Source: Kiritimatiellia bacterium
Lineage (GTDB): Bacteria; Verrucomicrobiota; Kiritimatiellia; JAAZAB01
Direction: 5' to 3'
Length of the DNA stretch: 64,000 nucleotides
NCBI GenBank assembly: GCA_028715905.1
Contig: JAQUQV010000004.1
Location: 16,664 to 80,663, forward strand
This document shows, piece by piece, positions 8,413 through 18,285 of the stretch. The notes beneath the pieces are model-generated. The model was not told the origin of the DNA. It saw only the letters and a list, made by a program, of their open reading frames with translations, and did no database searches. The position numbers were made by a program, and so were the translations under genes. Each line of letters opens with the position of its first letter. Position 1 is the first letter of the stretch.

Positions 8413-9471
8413 TCATACGCTTGCGCGCCGCGCTTTCAAGGCCAAACCTGTCAGGCCGGCCAAACCCAGGGTGAGCAGGCCGCCAACTATGCCCGCGACC
8501 GATGTTCCCGCCGCCACCGCCGGCCACGATTCCGATTCGGCGTCAGTGTTTTCGGCGGGAACCTGTTCAGCGGCGGCGCTCTCGGTTCCGGCCGCCCTGA
8601 ACCCGTAATCCGGCAGAAAGGCCGTTTTTTCCTGAACCGCCGCAAGTTTCCGGTGAACGGCGTCATCCGAACCGGAAACCTCCTCCTTGCCCGTCACTTT
8701 GGCGATGGACCACTCCAACCCGTCGGGATGCGTGGAGGCAAACCAGCTCATGATTCCGCCGACAATCACGGCGGTTATCGCGAGTCCGATCGCAACCGGC
8801 CGTAGGCCGGTTGCGATCGGAGCGCCAACCGGCGCGGCATCCAATGCTTCCGGCCGCGCTTTGGCCACAAACGCAACCACGGTAGCCGTGGCCAGGCCTT
8901 CCACGACGCCGATCGCCAGATGGATGGGAAGCATCAAAAGCGTGAAATCGCCGAAAGGCAGTTCTGAAATTCCGGAAGCCTTGGTCTCAACTACCACGCT
9001 GAAGGCGCCAAGCTGCAGGCCGGCAATGGCGGCGACAATCGCGGCAATCCATGCGCGCGGCGTTCCGTGCTCCTGACGGGCTATCAGGCGGTAAATGAAC
9101 GGATAGGCAATAAAGGCCGGGAAAAAACCAAGATTGAAAATATTGCATCCCATGGCCAATAAACCGCCATCGGCAAAAAACAGGGCCTGCACCATCAGGA
9201 CGGAGGCGATTACGAGGAAGGCCGCGTGGGGACCCAGCAAAACGCTTAAAATCAGTCCGCCCCCCAGGTGGCCGCTCGAGCCAGTGCCGGGGATGGAAAA
9301 ATTGATCATCTGCGCGGCGAAGATGAACGCGCCCAGCACACCCATCATGGGAACGAGATTGTCCCTAATGGTTTGTTTAAGTTTCCGGGCGCAATAAGCG
9401 ATCAATCCCGCGCTCACAAGCCACATTGTCCCGCCCACGGCGGGTGAAATCAAGGCATCTGCCATATGCAT
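8413..9471 (-). CDS. cbiM: Fused CbiM + CbiN (NikMN) substrate-capture component of a Ni/Co ECF transporter, with a C-terminal PDGLE-type domain.
   Basis: N-terminal MHMADALISP is the canonical CbiM N-terminus; the N-terminal Met-His is essential in this family. The C-terminal region HPDGLEWSIAKVTG is the PDGLE/CbiN-like domain. Confidence 0.75.
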   Translation of the reverse strand: MHMADALISPAVGGTMWLVSAGLIAYCARKLKQTIRDNLVPMMGVLGAFIFAAQMINFSIPGTGSSGHLGGGLILSVLLGPHAAFLVIASVLMVQALFFADGGLLAMGCNIFNLGFFPAFIAYPFIYRLIARQEHGTPRAWIAAIVAAIAGLQLGAFSVVVETKASGISELPFGDFTLLMLPIHLAIGVVEGLATATVVAFVAKARPEALDAAPVGAPIATGLRPVAIGLAITAVIVGGIMSWFASTHPDGLEWSIAKVTGKEEVSGSDDAVHRKLAAVQEKTAFLPDYGFRAAGTESAAAEQVPAENTDAESESWPAVAAGTSVAGIVGGLLTLGLAGLTGLALKARRASV

Positions 9472-9590
9472 ATTGTTATCCTTTCAGTCTGCGCCGTCCG
9501 CAAATGCATTTTGCGCACAGGCGAATTAAAGTTTATGGTTCCAGGGAATCCGGTTTCGAACTGCAAGCCGGCGCGCGCAAAATTTGCGGT

Positions 9591-10391
9591 CTATTTGTCC
9601 TTTCGCTTCCAAATTCCAAACTCCCATGTCAGGCCGGCCGCGGTGGTAAGGTCAGGGCCGGCGCTGCTGATATGCGATCCTGCCGCAACGTCAATCATGA
9701 GACCGTCCAGCGGGAACCAGCGCAGACCGGTATTGAACATTATGATGTGGTCGGTTCCGCTCATCAACTCTTTTTCCGCGTATATTTCGCCCACCCACTG
9801 GAGCGGATCAATGAGCCGATAATCAAGGGCCGCGCCGTAATGAATGATGTCGCCCACATCTTCGTCCGCCGGCGCGCCGATAAATGAATATCCGAGATTG
9901 AGATGTCCGCCTGCTTTATCCGTGAATGATTTTGAAGCTATCCAGGTGAGATCGTAATCAATCTTGCCGCTGCCCAAGCCCGTATCCTTATTGGCCGTGG
10001 GAAATTTGACGGCCGGCACAATTGCCTGGCGGGGGATCCATTTTGATTCTTCCAGAAACTGCCATTTTGCGTTGAGGGTCAGGTCGCCCAGGCCGTTTTC
10101 GCTTTTGATGCACTCGGCTCCGTTTTCATCAATTTCCGCCATTTGCTGTAACGTGCCGCCCAGGCCGAGGTTCACCTCCAGGCCGGGAACAAGGCCGCAC
10201 CCCAAACCGATGGGCCAATCCCAGTTCTTGCAGCCGCCGTTTTTCTCGTGCCAGAACCCGGCTTCAATCTTGCCGTTGCCGGTATCGAGCGGATCGGCAT
10301 CGTCAATGATCAACGGACGCGCTGCGAACGAAACGGCCGCTGTTGCCATCAGGCCGGCGGCCAGAAGCCCGACTTTTACTCTCTCTTTCAC
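9591..10391 (-). CDS. Outer-membrane beta-barrel protein (MetA-pathway / transporter-family OMP), first gene of the Ni/Co uptake operon.
   Basis: Signal peptide MKERVKVGLLAAGLMATAAVSFA, alternating amphipathic beta strands, and a C-terminal aromatic residue (WKRKDK tail). Confidence 0.5.
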   Translation of the reverse strand: MKERVKVGLLAAGLMATAAVSFAARPLIIDDADPLDTGNGKIEAGFWHEKNGGCKNWDWPIGLGCGLVPGLEVNLGLGGTLQQMAEIDENGAECIKSENGLGDLTLNAKWQFLEESKWIPRQAIVPAVKFPTANKDTGLGSGKIDYDLTWIASKSFTDKAGGHLNLGYSFIGAPADEDVGDIIHYGAALDYRLIDPLQWVGEIYAEKELMSGTDHIIMFNTGLRWFPLDGLMIDVAAGSHISSAGPDLTTAAGLTWEFGIWKRKDK

Positions 10392-10737
10392 CTGTCCCGC
10401 TCCTTTCCTGTTATTTCATGTTTCATGCCGGAATTATTTCCGGACATGTCAGACAAGTAATACAATTTCACAAATCGTAACACCTTGCAAGAAAAAAAAC
10501 AAATTAATTGCGTTTGACTTAAAGAACTCAAGAGGGGCGAGTTTTCGCGCGCCGGAACGCCGAACGCTTATGAGAAGTTATTGTGCGACGTGCATCCTTT
10601 CCATAAGGCCGGGCAGATTGATTATCCCTGGAACTGCAAATATTGAAAATCACATGATTCCGATTCCCCCGCTTTTTGATTGATCTTTCCCGTCAGAATG
10701 GGTATTTAATGAAAAAAACGCATCAACCGGCAGATTT

Positions 10738-12045
10738 ATGGCGGCAGAACGTCCAGTTCATCTCATTGTTGAAAAAGGCCCCGACCAGGGGAAGGAAATA
10801 TCAATCCGGCCGGAGGGGGCGCGCATTGGGCGTTCAAGCCACAATGATGTTGTGCTTAAAGACCCGGTCATGTCCCGTTACCACTGCCGGCTTTTTTTCA
10901 AGCCGAATGAAGGATTATGGGTTGAAGACCTCGGCAGCGCCAATAAAACCCTTTTAAATTCAGCGCCCGTTCATATGGCCCGTATGCGGCCGGGCGACCA
11001 GCTGGCGCTCGGCGACACCGTGCTGAAAGTGGTCGGCGATGAATATCCGTCATCTTCCGCCGCCCAGCTTTTCGGCGCTTCCGAATCCGAATCTTTTGCC
11101 GGCCGGCCGGAGGGTCCGTTGCGCCAGGCCGCTGGAAAAAACAGGAAAAAACTGCTGGCTTTTCTGCTGGCGGTTGTTGTCGTTGCCGCGGCGCTGGCCC
11201 TGATCGTGCATTTCCAGGGGTTGTCCGCGCCCGGGACGGAAAATGGCGCGGCGAAAAACGGGCAGGTTGAAAAGCTTGAAATTTATTATGAGAAAATCCA
11301 AGCCAGCCCCAAAAACATATTCCGCTACGAACTGGAATTGAAAAATGACGAGCTTTCCGTCCAGATTGACGACCTTGCCAACAAGAGGCATATCGCTAAA
11401 AACCAGCACAAAAAGATTGATCGGGACCTGATCGCCTCTCTTGGCGACACGCTCCTGCAGTCGGATTTCAACAGTCTCAATGAAGTCCACCGCGGCAGCA
11501 CCGAGGAGGTTTATGACCTCCTGGACCTGACGATTACTTTCGGCAGAAAAACCCGGCGCGTGCAAGTTTTTAACACCATTGAGCCTGAACAATTCCAGCA
11601 GGCCCGCGAGGCGATTGAGGAATTTGCCCAGAATGAAATCGGCCTGGCCGCCCTGGCCCTGACCAGGGAAAAACTGCTTGAACTGGCCGGGGATTCCGCC
11701 CGGCTCGGCCGCCAGCTTTATGAGCAACGCGAGGTAAAACGCGAAAATCTTTCCCTTGCCATCCGCGCCTTGAAGGAGGCCGAGTGGTACCTGGAAACCG
11801 TTGAGCCCAAGCCGGACTACTATGCCGACGCCGTCGTCCTGCGCCGGGAATGCGAGCGGGAGCTGGAAGAGAATTACAAGAATCATCTTTTCCTGGCCGA
11901 AAGGGCCGTAAAATTAAGGGACTGGAATGATGCGGCCGTGAATCTGCGCATTCTCATGGAGAAAATACCCGATCGTTCCGACGAACGTCACCGGAATGTC
12001 CGCAAAAAACTGATTGATGTTGAACGGCATCTGAAGAGCAAATGA
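10738..12045 (+). CDS. FHA-domain membrane protein with a coiled-coil C-terminal region.
   Basis: FHA motif GRSSHNDVVLKDPVMSRYHCRL...VEDLGSANKTLLNSAPV. One TM segment (LLAFLLAVVVVAAALALIV). Confidence 0.7.
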   Translation: MAAERPVHLIVEKGPDQGKEISIRPEGARIGRSSHNDVVLKDPVMSRYHCRLFFKPNEGLWVEDLGSANKTLLNSAPVHMARMRPGDQLALGDTVLKVVGDEYPSSSAAQLFGASESESFAGRPEGPLRQAAGKNRKKLLAFLLAVVVVAAALALIVHFQGLSAPGTENGAAKNGQVEKLEIYYEKIQASPKNIFRYELELKNDELSVQIDDLANKRHIAKNQHKKIDRDLIASLGDTLLQSDFNSLNEVHRGSTEEVYDLLDLTITFGRKTRRVQVFNTIEPEQFQQAREAIEEFAQNEIGLAALALTREKLLELAGDSARLGRQLYEQREVKRENLSLAIRALKEAEWYLETVEPKPDYYADAVVLRRECERELEENYKNHLFLAERAVKLRDWNDAAVNLRILMEKIPDRSDERHRNVRKKLIDVERHLKSK

Positions 12046-13487
12046 AGAAGTTTTTCACAGAGCACACGGAGTTCATGGAGATGGACAAAAGCCGATCTCT
12101 CTCTGTGAACTCTAGCGAGTCCCGAGGCGCTGTGCGCTCGGGACGAGCGGGTGAGATAATCCGGTTCTGCGTGCTGTTTTTGTGTCTTGCGGGGATTCCG
12201 GCATGCCGGCAAGCCGGCTTGACGCCGGCCAAACCCGGCCAGATATATGTTACCACCGATCCCTCCGGCGCAACTTTGTTGTGCGATTCCGCCAGTTGCG
12301 GCAGCACCCCGGCCACGGTCGTTCCGGCTGCCGCCGGCGAGCATCTGCTGGTTGTCCGCAAGCCGGGGTACCGCGAGACGCGCGCGACCGTGACCACCAG
12401 GTCCGGCGAAAGGCTGGCCGTGGAGCTTAAGCTTGAAGAATTGAAAGGCCTGGTCCTCGTGCACACGGTTCCCGCGGGGGCCGAAGTTGAGCTGGAAGGC
12501 GTCAGCGTCGGCCGGACGCCTCTGCTTCTCACCGATATCCCGCTGGGCCGGAAACGCCTGCAAATCGGCCTGCCGGGCTATCTGTCCAAGTCCGTTAATT
12601 TAAACATTGATGACCGCACGCCGGTCAAGGTTGATGTTAATCTTACCCCGGATTCGGCCGAACTTTTTGTGGAATCCGCGCCGACCGGTTCCGTGGTTTC
12701 CGTGGACGGCTTAAGCGTCGGCAAGACTCCGTTGACGCTTAAAAAGGTGAAGACCGGGAAACACACGGTGGAAATCGCCCTGAAGGGGTATTCGCCGTTT
12801 CGGCACGAGGTTGCGCTCCAAGCCGGCGAGAAGCAGAAAATATCCGCGCACCTCAGTCCTTTGCCGGGAAAATTGACGGTGCTTTCCAGTCCCCCCGGGG
12901 CGCGGGTCTATTTGAATAATCAGTTTAAGGCCGAAACGCCCTTTACCGGCACTAATATTCCCGCGCGCCGTTATGTTGTGCGGGTTGAACTGCGGGGGCA
13001 CGACCCGCAGACCGTCAGCAACGAGGTCGTTTCAGGCGAGGAAACCATCCTGGAGTTTCAGATGGTCAAATCCAGCGGCACCATCCTCATTTCCACTTTT
13101 CCGCCGGAGATAAATGTCTATCTGGACGGTGAATTTCGCGGCGCAACCAAGGGGCGTCCCGGCGAACAAATATCGGACCAGATGCAGATTGATTTCGTGC
13201 CGCGGGGCCGGCACCAGCTGCAGTTCACCGGCAAAGGGTATTACGACGTGCAGCGCTCCGTGGATATCATGCCGAAGCAGACGATTATTCTCCACGAAAA
13301 ACTTGCCATGCGTCCGGTGCCGTTCGTTCCCAATGTGCTCATCCGCACCGGCGACAAGCCGGAACAGACTTTCCGGGGTGTTATCCGCGAAAGATACGCC
13401 AGCGGCGATGTAAAGGTGGAAATTGAAGCGGGGATTTTCAAGACATTTTCCAGCGATGAAATCATCTCTGTGGAACCCATTCCCTGA
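12042..13487 (+). CDS. PEGA-domain repeat protein (secreted or lipoprotein).
   Basis: At least five PEGA-like repeats (Y.S.P.GA.V.LDG...G.TPL.L..L..G.H.V....GY). The true start is probably downstream of the track start: in-frame GTG at 12132 followed by the signal-like RSGRAGEIIRFCVLFLCLAGIPAC. Confidence 0.65.
   Translation: MKKFFTEHTEFMEMDKSRSLSVNSSESRGAVRSGRAGEIIRFCVLFLCLAGIPACRQAGLTPAKPGQIYVTTDPSGATLLCDSASCGSTPATVVPAAAGEHLLVVRKPGYRETRATVTTRSGERLAVELKLEELKGLVLVHTVPAGAEVELEGVSVGRTPLLLTDIPLGRKRLQIGLPGYLSKSVNLNIDDRTPVKVDVNLTPDSAELFVESAPTGSVVSVDGLSVGKTPLTLKKVKTGKHTVEIALKGYSPFRHEVALQAGEKQKISAHLSPLPGKLTVLSSPPGARVYLNNQFKAETPFTGTNIPARRYVVRVELRGHDPQTVSNEVVSGEETILEFQMVKSSGTILISTFPPEINVYLDGEFRGATKGRPGEQISDQMQIDFVPRGRHQLQFTGKGYYDVQRSVDIMPKQTIILHEKLAMRPVPFVPNVLIRTGDKPEQTFRGVIRERYASGDVKVEIEAGIFKTFSSDEIISVEPIP
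12118..12150 (+). other. Stable hairpin (8-bp stem GTCCCGAG/CTCGGGAC, 10-nt loop) inside the annotated 5' end of the PEGA ORF. Possible intercistronic terminator/attenuator.
   Basis: Inverted repeat read directly from the sequence. An in-frame GTG lies in the loop at 12132. Confidence 0.35.
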
Positions 13488-14727
13488 GGCCAGAAAGAAT
13501 ATTCAATCTCAGCATGTTGAGCGCTGTTTTCGCGGCCCGGTCGCGCACCATGGCGCGGTCGCCGGGGAAAAGGGATTTTTCGGCGTGAATGCCGCCGGAC
13601 TTCCTTTCCGCCAGCGCAATCCAGACCGTGCCGACTTTCTTGCGCGGCGCGCCGCCGTCCGGCCCGGCGATGCCGGTTATTGCCAGAGCGTAATCGGCCC
13701 CCGATTTTAAGAGGGCGCCGCCGGCCATTTTTTTCGCGACGGCCGCGCTGACCGCGCCGTTCCCGAGGATCAGCTCCTCCGGCACGCCGAGATTTTCGGT
13801 TTTCATCCGGTTGGCATAGACAATCCAACCGCCCGTAAAATACCTGCTGGCGCCGGGCGTCTCGGTCAGCATGGCGGCCAGCATTCCGGCCGTGCAGCTT
13901 TCGGCGGTAGCGACTGTTTTGCGCGCGGCCGCAAGCATTTTTCCGACCGCTTCCGGCAGGCTTTCATCGCCTTCGCTGAAGACCGCGCGCCCCAATAAAC
14001 GCCTGATTTTATCGGCGGTTCCGCGCATGGCTTGCCGCCCTTTGGCGGCGTTTTTGAATACGCCGCGTATTCTGATTGAGATTATCCCGGCGGAGACTGT
14101 TGTTCCAACGAGCGGGTTGCGGTCGCGCCGCATCAATTCACCCAGTTTGGCGGCCGCCATTGACTCGCCCATGCCGAAAACATTCAATTTCATGGTCTGC
14201 ACCCCGGAACGTTTTTTTGACATGATGACCGGCGCGATGTGTCGGGCAAACATCGCTTTCATTTCCTTCGGCACGCCGGGCATCACCATGATTTTTGCTT
14301 TTCCCAGGGGCATCCCGAAACCCGGAGCAGTGCCGACGGGGTTATCCAGCACAATCGCGTTTTGCGGGAACATGGCCTGGATCCGGTTATTGGCGGTCAT
14401 TTTCCAGCCGCGCGTCTTGAAAGTTTTTTCCAGTTTTTTAAGGGAAGGCGCATGTAAGACCAGGGGCGCTTCGCCGGCCGCGGCCATGGCCTGGCGGGTC
14501 AGATCATCCGGGGTGGGGCCAAGCCCGCCGGAGACGATAATGAGCTCGGCCTTGCCGGCCGCATTTTTTACGGCTTCTATGATGGCGTCCTGGTCGTCGC
14601 GGACCGCCTGGTGGTATTCAGGCGCGATGCCGCATGCGACCAGCCTGGCGGCGATCCAGGCGGCGTTGGTGTCCGCCGTCTGGCCGAGGACCAGTTCGTC
14701 TCCGATGGAAAGTATGACTGCCCGCAT
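13462..14727 (-). CDS. cinA: CinA family protein (competence/damage-inducible; MoCF-biosynthesis domain + CinA C-terminal domain).
   Basis: N-terminal MRAVILSIGDELVLGQTADTNAAWIA matches CinA. Length 421 aa. The 3' ends overlap convergently with the PEGA gene. Confidence 0.8.
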   Translation of the reverse strand: MRAVILSIGDELVLGQTADTNAAWIAARLVACGIAPEYHQAVRDDQDAIIEAVKNAAGKAELIIVSGGLGPTPDDLTRQAMAAAGEAPLVLHAPSLKKLEKTFKTRGWKMTANNRIQAMFPQNAIVLDNPVGTAPGFGMPLGKAKIMVMPGVPKEMKAMFARHIAPVIMSKKRSGVQTMKLNVFGMGESMAAAKLGELMRRDRNPLVGTTVSAGIISIRIRGVFKNAAKGRQAMRGTADKIRRLLGRAVFSEGDESLPEAVGKMLAAARKTVATAESCTAGMLAAMLTETPGASRYFTGGWIVYANRMKTENLGVPEELILGNGAVSAAVAKKMAGGALLKSGADYALAITGIAGPDGGAPRKKVGTVWIALAERKSGGIHAEKSLFPGDRAMVRDRAAKTALNMLRLNILSGLREWVPQR

Positions 14728-14921
14728 TGATGCGCAATGGTAAGGTTAATAAGCGAACGCAACCATGAAATATACGAATGTAAAAAAAAAACAAGTTAAA
14801 ATTTTTACGATATTTTGTTGACTTGCCGTCAATATAGGGTAGTCTTGCCCGGTTTGCTTCGCGCGATTAAACCCGATTGCACCCGCTGATATGCCGGAAT
14901 GCGTCCGGATGGTTGAAAGCT

Positions 14922-16373
14922 GTGAATCCGAAAGTGTTATTAATAGTATTGATTGGCGCGCCCGTGCTGGGATCATGCCTTTTACCCCTCCTGGGGCGTT
15001 ATTCGCCGAAGGCGCGCAATTTAATTGCTTTTCTGGCGGTTTCCGTGTCCTTTCTGTGCGCGCTTGCGCTCCTGCCGGCGGTCATTAAGGGCGGCCTGAT
15101 CTTGGTCTCATTGAATTTCGGGTTCGGCCATGACCTCTTTGTCGCCGACCAGCTGGCCGTCTTCATGGCGCTGGTCTCGTCGCTGGTCGGGGCCGTGATT
15201 GTTTTTTACTCTTTTGATTATATCAGCCATTATCCGAACCAGGGCGAGTATTATTTCATGGTGGTCCTTTTCCTCGGCTCCATGATGGGGCTTGTTTTTG
15301 CCGCCAACCTGATTGTGCTTTATGTTTTCTGGGAATTAACCGCCTTTGCCAGCTGGCGTCTGATCGGGTTTTTCCGCGAGCCGGCGCACGTTTTGCGGGC
15401 GGACAAGGCTTTTTTGATGACGTTTTTCGGAGCGCTGCTGATGCTGATCGGTTTCATTGCCGTTCAACAGCAGGCCGGTTCATTTGATCTGGCGGCGGTT
15501 AAGCATGCGTTTCAGGGCCGGGTCGCGCCGGATTATATTGTGCTGCTTATTCTGGCCGGACTCTTCGCCAAATCGGCCACTCTGCCGCTGCAGACCTGGC
15601 TGCCGGACGCCGGTATCGCTCCTTCGCCGGTAACGGCGCTGCTGCATGCCGCGGTGCTCGTCAAAATCGGCGTCTATGTTTATGCGCGCCTCCTGATAGC
15701 CACGCTGCCGGTGGCCGACATCTGGCATGTGATCGTGCCCGCCCTGGCCGGCTTGAGCGCCCTGGTGGCGGCCGGCGCGGCGCTGCTTGAGACCGATCTG
15801 AAACGGATCATTGCCTATTCAACGATCAGCCAGATCGGTTTTATTTTCCTGGGATTCGCCGTCAACAATCAACTCGCCGCCGCCGGCGCGCTTTTATATA
15901 TTTTAATGCACGGTCTTGCGAAGGGCGGGCTTTTTCTTTGCGCCGGCATTATTGAACAGAAAACACACACCAAGGATATCACCAAGATGGGCGGTCTGAT
16001 CGCCAGCATGCCGGTTACCGCGGTTTCATTCCTGGTTTGCGCCTTTTCGGTCATGGGGCTTCCGCCACTCGGCGGATTTTTCAGCAAGTACGGGGTGATT
16101 GCCGGCGCGGTTTCCGGCGGACAGCTTTGGCTGGCCCTTTTGTTCGTGGCCACGGCCATACTGACGATTGTGTATCTCATGCGCGTTTTCGTGATCGTGT
16201 TCATGGGGGCCGCTCCAGCCGGGGCGGCGGTTGAAGGCTCGCCCCGCATGGTTTTTTCAGTGGCTTTGCTGGCCTTTCTTTCCGTAATCGGCGGCATTTT
16301 TATCATGCCTTCTTTCGGCTTTGCCGCTTCGGCCGTTCAGCAAGTGATGGGATTGATCGGATCGTTCCCTTGA
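14922..16373 (+). CDS. MrpD/NuoL-like proton-pumping antiporter-type subunit number 1 of a membrane-bound hydrogenase (MbhH-like).
   Basis: About 14 TM helices. Motifs WLPDAGIAPSPVTALLHAAVLVKIGVY and IAYSTISQIGFI are diagnostic of the NuoL/M/N-MrpA/D family. Probable GTG start at 14922, in frame with the track ORF start at 14877. Confidence 0.75.
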   Translation: MNPKVLLIVLIGAPVLGSCLLPLLGRYSPKARNLIAFLAVSVSFLCALALLPAVIKGGLILVSLNFGFGHDLFVADQLAVFMALVSSLVGAVIVFYSFDYISHYPNQGEYYFMVVLFLGSMMGLVFAANLIVLYVFWELTAFASWRLIGFFREPAHVLRADKAFLMTFFGALLMLIGFIAVQQQAGSFDLAAVKHAFQGRVAPDYIVLLILAGLFAKSATLPLQTWLPDAGIAPSPVTALLHAAVLVKIGVYVYARLLIATLPVADIWHVIVPALAGLSALVAAGAALLETDLKRIIAYSTISQIGFIFLGFAVNNQLAAAGALLYILMHGLAKGGLFLCAGIIEQKTHTKDITKMGGLIASMPVTAVSFLVCAFSVMGLPPLGGFFSKYGVIAGAVSGGQLWLALLFVATAILTIVYLMRVFVIVFMGAAPAGAAVEGSPRMVFSVALLAFLSVIGGIFIMPSFGFAASAVQQVMGLIGSFP

Positions 16374-16460
16374 AACATATGACGCTTTTGTGAAGAAGTT
16401 TAACATTGATGGCAGAGCGCCAGCCTGGAAATTTAGGGCTGGCGGCCCTTGCCGCCTTAA

Positions 16461-18284
16461 ATGAACGCATTATTATTCACCATATTGATTCCGGCCGTCG
16501 GCGGGTTGATTGTGTTGTGTCATGGCAAAGCGCATCGCGTGGCGCGCAATGTTTTAATCCTGCTGATTGCGGCGGCCAATTTTGCCTTGGCGTGGCAGCT
16601 TTTCGGGTCTTCCGGCCAGATGCTCATTCCGTGGGCGCCCTTTGGCATGGATTTTAACCTGCGGCTGTATCATTTCAGCGGTTTTATTATGCTGGCGACC
16701 GCCGCTTTCTGCTTTGGCATCTGCCTGTACAGCATTGCCTTCATGGCCGCGCACCGTCATTCCGGCCAGTTTTTCGCGTATCTTTTCTTTTCAATCGCTT
16801 TTGCCAACGGCGCGGCGCTCGCCGACAACCTGGTTTTACTGCTTTTTTTCTGGGAAGGCCTGCTCCTGACGCTTTTCGGCATGATTGCCATCGGATCCCC
16901 GACCGCCCACAAGACGGCGGTCAAGGCGCTGATTATTGCCGGCGGCGCCGACCTGTGCCTGATGTTCGGCATCGCGCTCTGCGGAAAACTGGCCGGCACC
17001 CTGACTATTTCGCGGATCAGTCTGCCTCTGGATTTCATGGGGAGTCTCGCGTTCATTTTTCTCATGATCGGCGCGATCGGCAAAGCCGGCGCGATTCCTT
17101 TTCACACCTGGATTCCGGACGCGGCCATTGACGCGCCGCTTCCTTTCATGGCGCTTGTGCCGGCGGCCATGGAAAAACTGCTGGGCATTTATTTCCTGGC
17201 GCGCATTTCTCTGGACATGTTCCAGATGAACGTCGCCTCGTCAATGACCCATCTGCTGATGATCGTGGGGGCGGTAACCGTCCTGGTGGCGGTTGCCATG
17301 GCGCTCATCCAGACCGATTATAAACGGCTGCTTGCTTATCACGCGGTTTCCCAGGTCGGTTACATGATCCTGGGCATCGGCACCGCCCTGCCCGTCGGCA
17401 TTGTCGGCGGCCTTTTCCACATGGTCAATCACGCCATGTACAAATGCTGTCTTTTTCTTACGGCCGGCGCGGTGGAGAAACAGACCGGCACGACCGATTT
17501 AAACAAGCTCGGGGGCCTGGCGGCGCGCATGCCGTTCACCTTCATCTGCTTCGTGGTTGCGGCCGCCTCAATTTCCGGCGTGCCGCCTTTTAACGGGTTC
17601 TTTTCAAAGGAGCTCGTTTATGACGGCGCCCTGGCGCGCGGCCAATGGTATTACTGGGCGGCGCTGGCCGGTTCTTTCCTGACGGCCGCCTCTTTTCTCA
17701 AACTGGGCCATGCCGCCTTTTTCGGCAAAGGCGCGGCCGGCGTGGGGCGGGTTAAAGAAGCGCCCTTTTTTATGCTCCTGCCGATGATATGCCTGGCGGG
17801 GTTGTGCGTGTTTTTCGGCTTATACAACGCGTTTCCGCTTCAAAATCTTATCCAGCCGGTGCTCGGGACGGCCATGGAAGGGCATGATTTTTCAGGCTGG
17901 CCGGAAAGCCGGAAGCTGGTGTTGTTTACGGTGGCAGCCCTGGTTCTGGCTTTGCTCAATCACATTTACGGCGTGCGGCGCGCCGGCCGCGGTCTCGGCG
18001 CGGCAGACCACATCCATTACGCCCCCGTTCTTTCGTGGTTGTATGCGAAAGCCGAACGGCGGGTTTTTGACCCCTATGAAATCGGCCTGCGGTTTTGCCG
18101 TGCGATCGCCGTTTCCGCCCTGGCCATTGACCGCGCGGTCAACTGGATCAGCGATTTTTTTGCCGTGGGGTTGTCCTTGAACCTGGCGCGCTGGATCAGC
18201 GCCAGGCATTCCGGCAGTTACGCGGTTTATCTGGCCTGGTCGGTGGCCGGCCTGGCGGTTTTGATAGTCTGGATTATGCGTTGA
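16461..18284 (+). CDS. MrpA/NuoL-like antiporter-type subunit number 2 (607 aa, with a C-terminal extension).
   Basis: Motifs WIPDAAIDAPLPFMALVPAAME and LAYHAVSQVGYMILG, followed by an extra C-terminal about 120 aa with TM helices. Confidence 0.75.
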   Translation: MNALLFTILIPAVGGLIVLCHGKAHRVARNVLILLIAAANFALAWQLFGSSGQMLIPWAPFGMDFNLRLYHFSGFIMLATAAFCFGICLYSIAFMAAHRHSGQFFAYLFFSIAFANGAALADNLVLLLFFWEGLLLTLFGMIAIGSPTAHKTAVKALIIAGGADLCLMFGIALCGKLAGTLTISRISLPLDFMGSLAFIFLMIGAIGKAGAIPFHTWIPDAAIDAPLPFMALVPAAMEKLLGIYFLARISLDMFQMNVASSMTHLLMIVGAVTVLVAVAMALIQTDYKRLLAYHAVSQVGYMILGIGTALPVGIVGGLFHMVNHAMYKCCLFLTAGAVEKQTGTTDLNKLGGLAARMPFTFICFVVAAASISGVPPFNGFFSKELVYDGALARGQWYYWAALAGSFLTAASFLKLGHAAFFGKGAAGVGRVKEAPFFMLLPMICLAGLCVFFGLYNAFPLQNLIQPVLGTAMEGHDFSGWPESRKLVLFTVAALVLALLNHIYGVRRAGRGLGAADHIHYAPVLSWLYAKAERRVFDPYEIGLRFCRAIAVSALAIDRAVNWISDFFAVGLSLNLARWISARHSGSYAVYLAWSVAGLAVLIVWIMR

Positions 18285-18285
18285 A

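Noticed and set aside
9535-9575. GGTTTCGAACT-like stretch resembling a tRNA T-arm in the OMP/CbiM intergenic region.
   Set aside because: No acceptor stem or anticodon arm could be folded around it. The region is more consistent with a terminator-like palindrome (CGCAAATGCATTTTGCG).
11050-11886. 278-aa minus-strand ORF within the FHA gene.
   Set aside because: Antisense to a gene with clear FHA motifs. The translation is Gly/Leu/Gln-rich with no motif.
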